Assembly: GCA_964588985.1 (NCBI GenBank)
Contig: CAZPQW010000015.1
Coordinates: 1-64,000 of the forward strand
DNA: 64,000 nt
Direction of reading: 5' to 3'
Source: an uncultured Solirubrobacteraceae bacterium
GTDB taxonomy: Bacteria > Actinomycetota > Thermoleophilia > Solirubrobacterales > Solirubrobacteraceae
Part shown: in pieces, positions 47,777 through 57,033 of the stretch
Layout: each line of letters starts with the position of its first letter
How positions within the stretch are numbered: position 1 is the stretch's first letter
Program-made: the position numbers and the translations under genes
The notes under the pieces: generated by a model
Seen by the model: the letters and a program-made list of their open reading frames with translations, nothing else
What the model was told of the DNA's origin: nothing
Databases searched by the model: none

Positions 47777-48916
47777 CTAGGCGAGAGCCGCGCGCACAGC
47801 CGCGACCACCATCTCCAGCTTGGCCTCATCCATAGTCGAGCTGAGCGGCAGCGCGCAGTGCCTGCCGGCCACCTCAGTCGCATGCGGCAGCCCGTCGGTC
47901 GGTGCGATCGCGCGGTACTCGGTGAACGAGTGCAGCGCCGGGTACCACGTGGTCTGGATCCCGTCCGCTTTGAGATCGTCGCGGAAGCGGTCGCGCGTCT
48001 CGCGGTCGGCGAGCAGCACTGGAAACGCGAAGTGCGAGGAGCGCTCGACGGCGGGCTCGTCAAACGGCAACTCCAGGCCAGCAATCCCCGTGAGCCGCTC
48101 GCGGTAGGAACGCACCAGCTCGCGCCGGCGCGCGATGTCCTTGTCGAGCCGCTCGATGCGGCTCAGCCCGAGCGCTGCGCGGGGCTCGTCGAGGCGGTAG
48201 TTGAAGCCGATGTCGACGACGTCGTAGGCGGGGTCGTGGCCGCGGTGGCGGTCCCAGGTGGTGCTTGTCATCGCGTGCGAGCGCAGCAGCCTTACGCGCG
48301 CGGCCATCTCCTCGTCGGCGGTGGCGACCATGCCGCCCTCGCCGACGCACAGCTGCTTCTTGGAGAAGAAGCTGAACGCGCCGAGCTCGCCGACGGTGCC
48401 CACGTGGCGCCCGTGCTCGTCCGCGAGCGCGCCGATCGCCTGCGCGCAGTCCTCGATCAGCACGAGCCCGCGCTCGTCGCAGAGCGCCCGGAGCGCATGC
48501 AGGTCGGCGGGGTAGCCGCAGAAGTGCACCGCGACGATCGCGCGCGTGCGCGGCGTGATGCGCCGCTCGGCGTCCCGCGGGTCGATGTTGAAGTCGAGCG
48601 CTCCGCGCACGTCGCACAGCACGGGCTCGGCGCCGACGTAGCGCACCGCGGCGGCGCTCGCGACGAACGTGAAGGCGGGCACGACCACCTCGTCGCCCGG
48701 GCCGATCCCGGCGGCGAGGCAGGCGAGGTGCAGCGCGGCGGTGCCGCTCGACACGGTGACCGCATGCGGCGTGCCCACATACTCGGCGAGCGCCTGCTCG
48801 AAGCTCTGCGTGCGCGGGCCCATCGTCAGCCAGCCCGACTCCAGGCACGCCATCACGGCCTGCACGTCCTGCTCGGGCATCGCGATGTCCGTGAGTGGTA
48901 CGCGCCAGTCGCTCAT
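47777..48916 (-). CDS. DegT/DnrJ/EryC1/StrS aminotransferase
   Basis: SGWLTMGP, SSGTAALHLA, GPGDEV, EDCAQ, FSFFSKK, GEGG, GFNYRLDE. Confidence 0.93.
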   Translation of the reverse strand: MSDWRVPLTDIAMPEQDVQAVMACLESGWLTMGPRTQSFEQALAEYVGTPHAVTVSSGTAALHLACLAAGIGPGDEVVVPAFTFVASAAAVRYVGAEPVLCDVRGALDFNIDPRDAERRITPRTRAIVAVHFCGYPADLHALRALCDERGLVLIEDCAQAIGALADEHGRHVGTVGELGAFSFFSKKQLCVGEGGMVATADEEMAARVRLLRSHAMTSTTWDRHRGHDPAYDVVDIGFNYRLDEPRAALGLSRIERLDKDIARRRELVRSYRERLTGIAGLELPFDEPAVERSSHFAFPVLLADRETRDRFRDDLKADGIQTTWYPALHSFTEYRAIAPTDGLPHATEVAGRHCALPLSSTMDEAKLEMVVAAVRAALA

Positions 48917-50064
48917 CGCGCGAGCGCTTCCTTCAACGCGGCGGCCACGCGGACCTGGTCCTCGTCGGTCATGTGCGGGTAGAACGGCAGCGTCAGCTCC
49001 GTGCGCGACGCCAGCTCGGTGATCGGCAGCGACACGTCGGGGAAGCGCTCGCTGTAGGCGGAGAAGCGGTGGATCGAGGGGTAGAAGATGCTCGTCTGGA
49101 TGCCCAGCTCGCGCAGCCGGCTCGAGATCTCCGCCTGGCGCCCGTCCTGCTCGATCATGATCGGCATCACGTAGCAGGAGGAGCCGGGGATGTCCTCGTC
49201 CTCGAACGGCACGACGATCCCCTCGATCTCGCCCAGCAGCTGGCGGTAGCGCGCTGTCAGCTCACGGCGGCGCGAGATGTCGTCCTCCAGGCCACGAAGG
49301 CGCGAGAGCAGCAGCGCCGCGCGCGGCTCGTCGAGGCGGTAGTTGAAGCCGAGGCCGACCACGTCGTAGGTGTCGGTGCGGCCGCTGTGGCGGTCCCACG
49401 TACCGCTCGTCATCGCGTGCGACCGGCGCGAGCGCACGAACGCCGCCACGTCGTCGTCGTCGGTGCACAAGAGCCCGCCCTCGCCCACCGAGAGGACCTT
49501 GTTGGAGAAGAAGCTAAACGCTCCCGCGAGACCCCAGGTGCCGAGCTTGCGTCCGTGCAGCGTCGCGCTCGGGGCGTGCGCGACGTCCTCGATCAACGCG
49601 ATCCCTCGCTTGGCGCACAGCTCGCTGAGACGGTCGGCCGCGCCCGCGTAGCCGGCGTAGTGCACCACGCACACCGCCTTCGTGCGCGGCGTGATGCGCC
49701 GCTCCACGTCCTCAGGGTCGAGGCTCGGGAGCTTGCGCGAGACGATCTCCGTGAACACGGGCGTCGCGCCGCAGTAGAGGACCGCGGCCGCCGTGGCAGC
49801 AAAGGTAAAAGAAGGAACGATCACCTCATCGCCTGGACCGACGCCAGCCGCCAAATAGGCGAGGTGCAGCGCGGCGGTGCAGCTCGACAGCGCGATCGCG
49901 TGACGTGCGCCCAGCTGCTTGGCGAACGCCTCCTCGAACTCGGCCGTCCGCGGGCCGAGCGTCAGCCAGCCGGAGCGCAGGGTCTCGGCGACCGCCTCGA
50001 GGTCTCGCGGCTGCAGCTGCAGGTCGAACAGCGGGAGCTCGGGAAACGCGTTGGTCGCGGCCAT
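48913..50064 (-). CDS. DegT/DnrJ/EryC1/StrS aminotransferase
   Basis: SGWLTLGP, SSCTAALHLA, GPGDEVIVPSFTF, EDVAHA, FSFFSNK, GEGG, GFNYRLDE. Confidence 0.93.
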   Translation of the reverse strand: MAATNAFPELPLFDLQLQPRDLEAVAETLRSGWLTLGPRTAEFEEAFAKQLGARHAIALSSCTAALHLAYLAAGVGPGDEVIVPSFTFAATAAAVLYCGATPVFTEIVSRKLPSLDPEDVERRITPRTKAVCVVHYAGYAGAADRLSELCAKRGIALIEDVAHAPSATLHGRKLGTWGLAGAFSFFSNKVLSVGEGGLLCTDDDDVAAFVRSRRSHAMTSGTWDRHSGRTDTYDVVGLGFNYRLDEPRAALLLSRLRGLEDDISRRRELTARYRQLLGEIEGIVVPFEDEDIPGSSCYVMPIMIEQDGRQAEISSRLRELGIQTSIFYPSIHRFSAYSERFPDVSLPITELASRTELTLPFYPHMTDEDQVRVAAALKEALAR

Positions 50065-50084
50065 CGGCGAACGCGGCCCGTTGC

Positions 50085-51062
50085 TCAGGGAATGTTCTTG
50101 TAGCGGGGGTCGAAGGGATCGCCGAACGCGCCGGCGTCGAGCGCCGCGATGATCTCCCCGATCCCGTCGGGGACGGTCATCAGCGTCTCGAAGCCGAGCT
50201 CCGCGCGGATCCTGTCGAAGCTGACCTTGTAGTCGCGCGGGTCCTCGTCACGACGCACGTAGGAGACGCTGCCGCGGTCGATCTGCTTTTTGATCTCCTC
50301 CACGAGGTCGAGCTTGCGGTAGTTCTCGCCCGAGCGCCCGGCGTTGAAGACCCTGCCCGCGACCTTCTCCTCAGGAGCGTCGAGCGCGGTGCGAACCGCG
50401 CGCGCGGCGTCGCGCACGTGGATGTAGGGGCGCCAGAACTGCTCGCCGAACACCTCCAGCTCGCGGTTGGACCACAGTTCGCGGGTGAACTCGTTGACCG
50501 TCAGGTCGAAGCGCATCCGCCGCCCGACGCCGTACACCGTGGCGAAGCGCAGACACGTGGGCTTGGTCTCACCCGTCCCGCCGCCGAGGATCAGCTTCTC
50601 CATCGAGACCTTCTGCTCGGCGTACAGCGACACCGGGCGCAGCTCGCCGTCCTCGGTGATCGGCACCGACGGGTCGGCCATGCGGCCGTAGTTGGAGCAC
50701 GTGGAGGCGAACACGAGCCGCTCCACGCCCGCGGCGTTCGCCTCCGTGACGAGCGAGCGCGTGGCCTGGACGTTGACCTCGTCGGCTTCCTCCGGGTCGA
50801 GGGCGCAGGCGGGGTCGCCGACGATCGCCGCGAGGTGCACCACCTCCTGGACGCCGTCGAGCGCACGCGAGCGGGCGTCAGCGTCGCGCACGTCGCCACG
50901 GATCACGAGCACGCCCGCCTGCTCCTGCTCGGCGGCGATGTCCTCCTGGCCGTGCAGTAGCCGGTCGAGCACGCGCACGTCGCGCCCGCTCTCCAGCAGC
51001 TCGCGCACGAGCAGCGCGCCGATGTAGCCGCTGCCGCCCGTGACCAAGGTTGTGTTGCCCAT
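50085..51062 (-). CDS. NAD-dependent epimerase/dehydratase
   Basis: LVTGGSGYIG, HLAAIVGDPAC, ASTCSNYG, YAEQK, LRFATVYG...RMRFDLTVN, WRPYIHVRD; TAGCAT 7 nt before ATG. Confidence 0.92.
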   Translation of the reverse strand: MGNTTLVTGGSGYIGALLVRELLESGRDVRVLDRLLHGQEDIAAEQEQAGVLVIRGDVRDADARSRALDGVQEVVHLAAIVGDPACALDPEEADEVNVQATRSLVTEANAAGVERLVFASTCSNYGRMADPSVPITEDGELRPVSLYAEQKVSMEKLILGGGTGETKPTCLRFATVYGVGRRMRFDLTVNEFTRELWSNRELEVFGEQFWRPYIHVRDAARAVRTALDAPEEKVAGRVFNAGRSGENYRKLDLVEEIKKQIDRGSVSYVRRDEDPRDYKVSFDRIRAELGFETLMTVPDGIGEIIAALDAGAFGDPFDPRYKNIP

Positions 51063-51165
51063 GCGAGCCATGCTAACCACGGCATCGGCAGGCGACGGCC
51101 GCGACCTTAGACCGGCGGGCGGGGACGTGGGTACGGCCTTGAGCCGCTGTAGCATCAGCCGCGAG

Positions 51166-52221
51166 ATACAGGTTCTGTTCGCCAACAACTACGACATGGC
51201 GCGGGCGCGGGCGGGATGGCGGGCCGGCACCTACCCCGGCCACCATCTGTACGGCACCGCGCGGCTTGGCGGCGAGTTCGAGGTCGTCGACCTCCCGTTC
51301 GTCACCGACGACCGCCTGGCGCGCGCGACCGAGCTGACGCGGGGCAAGCTCGGCAGCCTGGGCCAGCAGGCGGCGGCCGTCAGGCTGCGCCGCCCGGGCG
51401 GAGTCGTCTACGGCGCCGTGGCCCAGGAGCTGCGCGGCCTGGCCGTCCTGCGCGGCGCGCGGCTGTTCCCGAACCCGATCGTGGGGATCTTCCACTCCGC
51501 CCCCTCGCGGCGCATGTCGCGCGGCTTCGCGCTGCGCGGCTTCGATCGCGTGATAGCGCTGTCCGAGAGCACGGGGCGCGATCTGGTGGAGGGTGGGATG
51601 CCACCCGAGCGCGTGAGCGTGCTGGGGTGGGGCGCCGATCTCGACTTCGCCGGGTTCGGCCCGCGGGTGCCGGCGGCCCACGATGCGCCGGTGGTGGCCG
51701 CGGGCAAGACGGGAAGGGACATGCTCACGCTGCTGGAGGCGGCGCGCGCGACGGGACTTCCCGCGCGGATCTACGGGGAGCGGCGCGCGCTGGAACGCGA
51801 TGGCCCGATCCCCGAGAACGTGACGATCTGCCCCGTGACGAAGAACACGTCCACCGGTCCGTTGAAATATGACGAGGCGGTGCTGTCCGACCTGCGCTCC
51901 GCGGCGGTGGTGGCGATCCCGCTCTCCACCCCGGAATGGCTGACGGGCCTGACGGAGGTCGTGGACGTGCTCGCGTGCGGGCGGCCGATGATCCTCACGC
52001 GGGCCCCGTACTTCGACTTCGACATCGAGGAGATCGGCTGCGGGTGGTGGGTGGAGCCGGGCGACGTGCGCGGCTGGAGCGAGCGGCTGCAAGCTGCGCT
52101 CGGTGATCGCGACCGGCTCGAGCAGATGGGTCGCGCGGGTCGCGCCTGGGCGGAGCGGCACCTCAACTCGGAGTTGTTCACCGCGGGGCTGCGGCGCGTG
52201 CTGCTGGATGCGGCCGGCTGA
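51166..52221 (+). CDS. Glycosyltransferase family 4-like; start uncertain (ATA 51166 or TTG 51139)
   Basis: VLFANN, HHLYG, WGAD..F, AGKTGRD, VVAIPL....GLT..VD.LACGRP, G.WVEPGD. Confidence 0.8.
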   Translation: MQVLFANNYDMARARAGWRAGTYPGHHLYGTARLGGEFEVVDLPFVTDDRLARATELTRGKLGSLGQQAAAVRLRRPGGVVYGAVAQELRGLAVLRGARLFPNPIVGIFHSAPSRRMSRGFALRGFDRVIALSESTGRDLVEGGMPPERVSVLGWGADLDFAGFGPRVPAAHDAPVVAAGKTGRDMLTLLEAARATGLPARIYGERRALERDGPIPENVTICPVTKNTSTGPLKYDEAVLSDLRSAAVVAIPLSTPEWLTGLTEVVDVLACGRPMILTRAPYFDFDIEEIGCGWWVEPGDVRGWSERLQAALGDRDRLEQMGRAGRAWAERHLNSELFTAGLRRVLLDAAG

Positions 52222-52257
52222 GATGGCTGACCGTCCGAGGAGGGTCTGATCTCCAGC

Positions 52258-53697
52258 TTGCCCGGCCAGGCGACGCGGCAGCGCGCCGCCAACGACATCG
52301 TCCTGCAGATCGTCATACGCGTGGCGAACCTCGCCCTCGGCGTGGTCGTGACGGCGCTCGTGGTGCGTGCGCTGGGGCGCTCGGGCTATGGGCAGTGGTC
52401 GACGATCTTCATCGTGCTGACGCTCGTCGGCTACTTCGCGAACTTCGGGATGGAGACCGTCGCCCTGCGCGAAGCGGCACGCGATCCCGAGCACGAGCAC
52501 GAGTGGATCGGCGCGGTGATGATGCTGCGCTTCATCGTCCTGGGTCCGGTGATCGTGTGCTCGGTGGCGGCGATCCTGGTGCTCCGTCAGAGCCACGAGA
52601 TGCTCGTGGCCGGCCTGATCCTGATCCTGACGATGCCGTTCAACGGCGTCGGCGCGCTGCAGCTGATCTTCCAGCTGCGGGTCAGGAACCTCGTGCCGAT
52701 GCTCGTGCTCACCCTGCGCAGCGTGCTGTGGGCGATCGCTGTGGTGATCATCTACGTGCAGGGCTACGGCATGGTCGCCCTGGCGATCGCGATGTCGGCG
52801 ACCAACGCGGTCGGCTCGATCGTCCAGGCGCTCGCCGCGCTGCGGGTCGCCGACCGGATCCCGAGACCGTCGCGGCGGCGGCTCGGGCCACTCGTGCGCG
52901 CCTCGATCCCGGTGGGCCTGTCGGGCGTGCTGATCATCGCCTACGCGCGCATCGACCAGGTGATCGTGTTCACCGTCGTCGGCAGCAGCGGGGCGGGTCT
53001 CTACGGCAGCGTCTACAACGTGCTCGACCAGTCGCACTTCGTGCCCGCGTCAATCCTCACGACCCTCGCGCCGGTGATGGCGGCCGCTTGGCCCGCCGAC
53101 CGTGGGCGGCTGCTGCGCAGCGCCCGGATGACGGCCGAGCTGATGGCGATCGCGTCGTTCGGCGCGCTGGCGTTCGCGACCGTCGCCGCGACGCCGCTGG
53201 TGCGGCTGATCTTCGGCGAGAGCTTCGTGAAGGCCGCGCCGGTGCTGCCGGTGCTGGGGGGCGCGTTCGTGTTCATCTGCTTCGACTACCTCAACGGCAA
53301 CGTCCTGCTGGTGCTCGGCAAGCAGAACGCGCTCCTGCGCATCAGCGTGATCGCGCTGGTCGTCAACGTGATCGGCAACCTCGTGTTCGTGCCGCTCGAC
53401 GGCTTCATGGGCGCCGCCTGGATGACGCTCGCCACGGAGGCGGTGGTGTTCGCGGCGAGCCTCGCGTTGATCCTGCGAACGCTCGAGCTGCCGTTGCCAC
53501 GTCCGGGGAAGATCGGACGCACCGCGCTCGCGGCGCTGCTGCTGGCTGCGGGTCTCGAGGCGATGCGGCTGGCGAGCGCGCCGCTCGAGGCGCTGGTCGT
53601 CGCCGCGTGCGTCTGCTATCCGGCGCTGCTGTTCGGGTTGCGCGCGGTGGGGCGCGACGAGCTGGGCGTGCTCCTGCGGCGCGGAGCCCCGTTGTGA
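52258..53697 (+). CDS. wzx: Wzx-type flippase / polysaccharide biosynthesis protein
   Basis: About 14 TM helices; RALG.SGYG.W, NFG, Y.RIDQ, GLYG, G.MGAAW.T; RBS GAGGAGG. Confidence 0.88.
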   Translation: MPGQATRQRAANDIVLQIVIRVANLALGVVVTALVVRALGRSGYGQWSTIFIVLTLVGYFANFGMETVALREAARDPEHEHEWIGAVMMLRFIVLGPVIVCSVAAILVLRQSHEMLVAGLILILTMPFNGVGALQLIFQLRVRNLVPMLVLTLRSVLWAIAVVIIYVQGYGMVALAIAMSATNAVGSIVQALAALRVADRIPRPSRRRLGPLVRASIPVGLSGVLIIAYARIDQVIVFTVVGSSGAGLYGSVYNVLDQSHFVPASILTTLAPVMAAAWPADRGRLLRSARMTAELMAIASFGALAFATVAATPLVRLIFGESFVKAAPVLPVLGGAFVFICFDYLNGNVLLVLGKQNALLRISVIALVVNVIGNLVFVPLDGFMGAAWMTLATEAVVFAASLALILRTLELPLPRPGKIGRTALAALLLAAGLEAMRLASAPLEALVVAACVCYPALLFGLRAVGRDELGVLLRRGAPL

Positions 53698-54812
53698 AAG
53701 GCGTCTGAGAGCTCACGCAGGCGCACGGCTAGCGCCGCGAACTGCCTCCTCGCGTCGTAGCGGGTCTCGCAGCGAGCCCGCGCCGCACCCGCAAACTCGG
53801 CGCGTCTGCCGGGGTCGCCGAGCAGCCCGCGCACCGCCTCGCCGAGCGCGCGAGGATCTCCGTAGGGCACGAGCACACCCGCTCGTCCGTCTTCGAGCAT
53901 GCCCGCGATGCCCCCCACCGGCGTCGAGACGACGGGCGTCCCGCAGGCCATCGCCTCGAGCAGCACCCAGGGGTTGCTGTCCCCATAGGTCGGCAGGCAG
54001 AAGAGATCCGCCTGCTGCTGGAGATCGAGCAGCGCGGGGTCCGACGGAGACAGGCGGTGCACGCGCACCCCCGGACGCTCGGGCACCTCGGCGGGGGTCA
54101 CGACGTCGAGATCCCAATCTCTGCCGAGCCCGTCGCCGAGCGCGGCGAGCAGATCCTCACCGCCCTTGGCGGCGAAGCGCCCACCGACGAACAGCACCCG
54201 CGGGCGCTCGCGCGCTCGGTGCGGGGCCGGGCGATGGCGCACCAGGTCGATCCCCGGGTGATGCTCGATCACGCGCGCCCCGGGGGCTGCCCGTTCGACC
54301 CCCCGCCGGGCCCAGTCGGTCCACGCGAGCACCAGCGCCGCCCGGCGCAGCACGCGACGCTCGAGCGCGCGGCTGGGCGCGATCATCAGCGGCTCGTGGA
54401 TCTGCGGCGAGGCCCACGCCGGCATCGCCGACCAGTCGTAGACGGTCGCGTCGACCGACAGCACGATCGGCCGGTCGGCCATCATGCGCGACATCGCCAG
54501 CGCGACCGACTGGCTGTGGACGTGCACGACGTCCGCCGGCCACGCGCGCAGCGCTTCACGCAGCTGGCCGCGAGCGCGCAGCGACTGGACCACGTGCCAG
54601 CGCAACGAGTGGAAGTCGAGGTTGTTGCGCTCGAGCCAGGGCGTCGAGCGATCCGCGGCCAGACGCGCCAGGCGTCCCATCGGCGTCAACCCGGTGAAGC
54701 GCGCTTCGATGTCCGGCGCCTCGCCCAGACCCACGCGCAACGCCTCGTCGAGCTGTCCCTGGCCGAGGATGTGCGCTCCGAGGTTGCCCTCGTTGAAGAA
54801 CATCACCCGCAC
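53616..54812 (-). CDS. Glycosyltransferase family 4
   Basis: VRVMFFNE, DVVHVHS, VLFVGGRF..KGG, ADLFCLPT..D...VLLEAMACGTPVV; 3' end overlaps the convergent flippase. Confidence 0.88.
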   Translation of the reverse strand: MRVMFFNEGNLGAHILGQGQLDEALRVGLGEAPDIEARFTGLTPMGRLARLAADRSTPWLERNNLDFHSLRWHVVQSLRARGQLREALRAWPADVVHVHSQSVALAMSRMMADRPIVLSVDATVYDWSAMPAWASPQIHEPLMIAPSRALERRVLRRAALVLAWTDWARRGVERAAPGARVIEHHPGIDLVRHRPAPHRARERPRVLFVGGRFAAKGGEDLLAALGDGLGRDWDLDVVTPAEVPERPGVRVHRLSPSDPALLDLQQQADLFCLPTYGDSNPWVLLEAMACGTPVVSTPVGGIAGMLEDGRAGVLVPYGDPRALGEAVRGLLGDPGRRAEFAGAARARCETRYDARRQFAALAVRLRELSDAFHNGAPRRRSTPSSSRPTARNPNSSAG

Positions 54813-54820
54813 GTCGGCGC

Positions 54821-55771
54821 CTACCCGGCCTGAGGCTCGGGGATGTTCCACGCCTCTGGGGTGGCGCCCTGCTCCCAGCCGAAGTCGCGCGGGTCGGCCA
54901 TCGCGGCCGGGAACTCCAGGACCCAGTCCTCGTGCAGCCGCGCGAGCTCGGTGTGGAGAGCCTCGACGTCGGCGAACTCTCGCGGGTCGAGCGGCGAGCC
55001 CACGTCCATCCACACCCGGTGCCCGACACGGCGCAGCCGTGTCGGCAGGACGAGCGCGTCGCCCTCGAACGCCAGGCGCGCGGTGCCGTCGGCGAGCATC
55101 GCGGGCTTGCCGAGGTAGCGCGTCGGGCGGTGGCCGGGCACGTCGAAGAACAGCACCACGCACTCGCCCCGCTCCAGCAGCGCTCGCAGGGTCCGGTAGG
55201 ACCCCTTGGAGGTCACGTACCGCGCGCGGGCCCCTTTGTGCCAGCGGGCGATGCGCCGGCCCCAGTAGTCCGGGCTGGGCGGCTCGAAGAACCACGGCCC
55301 GAACACCCCGTACGGCGTGCAGCCCATGTCCAGCGGCACCTGGGTGATGCGCGGGTAGGGGCCGAGATGGCAGGAGCTCAGCAGCACGCCGCGGTCCTGA
55401 GCCAGCGCCTCGCGCAGGCGTCGCGCGGTGGCCTCGTCGACCTCGGGTGTGCTCCACGGCTGCCAGAAGAGCGCCGTGTCGGTCTGCTGCTCGATCACGT
55501 ACTCACGCGCGACGCGCTCGAGCGAGCCCTCCAGAGCGGTGCCGCTCACCACGGTGGCCATCGCCGCCAGCGCATCCTCTCGCGCTCCCTCGTCCTGCTC
55601 CCACAGGCGCTGGCCCTTGAGCGTCGCTCGCCTGACGACCAGCCTGGTGGGCAGCAGGGCACGAACCCACACCGAGGTTTTCATACGGAGCGCGAGCGGG
55701 GCGGGCGGCATGCGCGTCGGAGCGGGAGGGCGCTCGACCATCTGCAGCGCGCTCGTCGGCTCTGGACCCAC
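54821..55771 (-). CDS. LpxL/HtrB-like (lysophospholipid acyltransferase superfamily) protein
   Basis: ALAQDRGVLLSSCHLG, L.RGECVVLFFD, YLGKPA....G.ARLA....A.VLP, W....P; start uncertain. Confidence 0.7.
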   Translation of the reverse strand: MGPEPTSALQMVERPPAPTRMPPAPLALRMKTSVWVRALLPTRLVVRRATLKGQRLWEQDEGAREDALAAMATVVSGTALEGSLERVAREYVIEQQTDTALFWQPWSTPEVDEATARRLREALAQDRGVLLSSCHLGPYPRITQVPLDMGCTPYGVFGPWFFEPPSPDYWGRRIARWHKGARARYVTSKGSYRTLRALLERGECVVLFFDVPGHRPTRYLGKPAMLADGTARLAFEGDALVLPTRLRRVGHRVWMDVGSPLDPREFADVEALHTELARLHEDWVLEFPAAMADPRDFGWEQGATPEAWNIPEPQAG

Positions 55772-55791
55772 CGTCGATACGGTACAGCGTG

Positions 55792-57033
55792 ATGGCCGCC
55801 CCGCCCCGCCTGCGCATCCTGATCGTCTCGATGCTCTATCCGCCGGTCGCGTTCGGAGGCTACGAGGTCGAGTGCTCGGCGGTGGCCGAGCGGCTCGGAG
55901 AGCGTCACGAGGTGCTGGTGCTGACGAGCTCCAAGGACCGGGCGCGGGCCGGCGATCAGCCGGGGGTCAGGCGTGAGCTGGGCCTGCCGAGCCCCGATCC
56001 ACGGGGGGCGCTGCGGGCGCCGCTCGCGGCTGTCCGCGCGGTCGCCTCGGCACGGCGGGCGCTGGAGTGGAAGCCGGATGTGATCTACGTGTGGAACGGC
56101 GCGTACCTGCCACAGGCGGCTCTGCGGGTCCTCGCGGACAGCGGCACGCCCCTGGCGTTTCGGGTGTGCGAGCACTGGTTCGGAGGCCTGTTCGAGATCG
56201 ACCTGTTCATGCGCGAGCTGCTGCCCGCCAGGCGCTCGCCGGGGAGAGCGGCATGGGCGGTGGGGGCCCGTGCCCTCAACCGGCTGCCGTCGCTGCGCCT
56301 CGATCCGCGTGCGCCGCTGCGCGCCGCGATCTCCTGGAACTCGGAGGCGATCAGGCACATGGTCGACACGCCCTCGTTCGTCGAGCCCGTGCTGGAGCGC
56401 GTCGGGCACTCGGTGCCCCGCTACGGCGAGCTCTACGCCGAGCTGGTCCGTGCTCCTTCGCCCGAGCCGAGCGTCCTGTTCCTCGGGCGAATCACCCCCT
56501 ACAAGGGCATCTCGGTCGCGATCGAGGCGCTCGCGCGGCTGCGGGCCGAGCACGCGGTGCCCGCGACCCTGACCATGGTCGGCCCGGAGGACGGCGGCTA
56601 CGGCGCGGAGATGCGAGCGCTCGCCGAGCGGCTCGGCGTAGCCGAGGAGGTGCGCTGGCTCGGCCCCGTCGGCCCGGAGCGGATCGCCGAGCTGCTGTCC
56701 ACCACCGCGGCGCTGATCGTGCCCTCGACCTGGGACGAGCCGTTCCCGCTGGTCACGATCGAGGCCGCCCTCGCGCGCGTCCCGATCGTCGCCTCGGACG
56801 TCGGCGGCGTCAGCGAGGGCATGCACGACGAGGAGCACGCCCTGCTGTTCGCCCGCGGCGACGCCGCCGGCGCGGCAACGGCGCTCGGGCGCACGCTGCG
56901 CGAGGCCGAGCAGACCGCCGCGCGGGTCGAGCGGGCCTTCGAGCGCGCGCAGCGGAAGTTCCGTCTCGGGCCCTATCTCGACGATCAGGAACGCTTCGTG
57001 CTCGACGCCTTGGCCGCACTGCGAGATCGCTGA
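55792..57033 (+). CDS. Glycosyltransferase family 4
   Basis: LRILIVS.LYPP...GGYE, FLGRI.PYKG, PSTWDEPFPLVTIEA. Confidence 0.9.
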   Translation: MAAPPRLRILIVSMLYPPVAFGGYEVECSAVAERLGERHEVLVLTSSKDRARAGDQPGVRRELGLPSPDPRGALRAPLAAVRAVASARRALEWKPDVIYVWNGAYLPQAALRVLADSGTPLAFRVCEHWFGGLFEIDLFMRELLPARRSPGRAAWAVGARALNRLPSLRLDPRAPLRAAISWNSEAIRHMVDTPSFVEPVLERVGHSVPRYGELYAELVRAPSPEPSVLFLGRITPYKGISVAIEALARLRAEHAVPATLTMVGPEDGGYGAEMRALAERLGVAEEVRWLGPVGPERIAELLSTTAALIVPSTWDEPFPLVTIEAALARVPIVASDVGGVSEGMHDEEHALLFARGDAAGAATALGRTLREAEQTAARVERAFERAQRKFRLGPYLDDQERFVLDALAALRDR

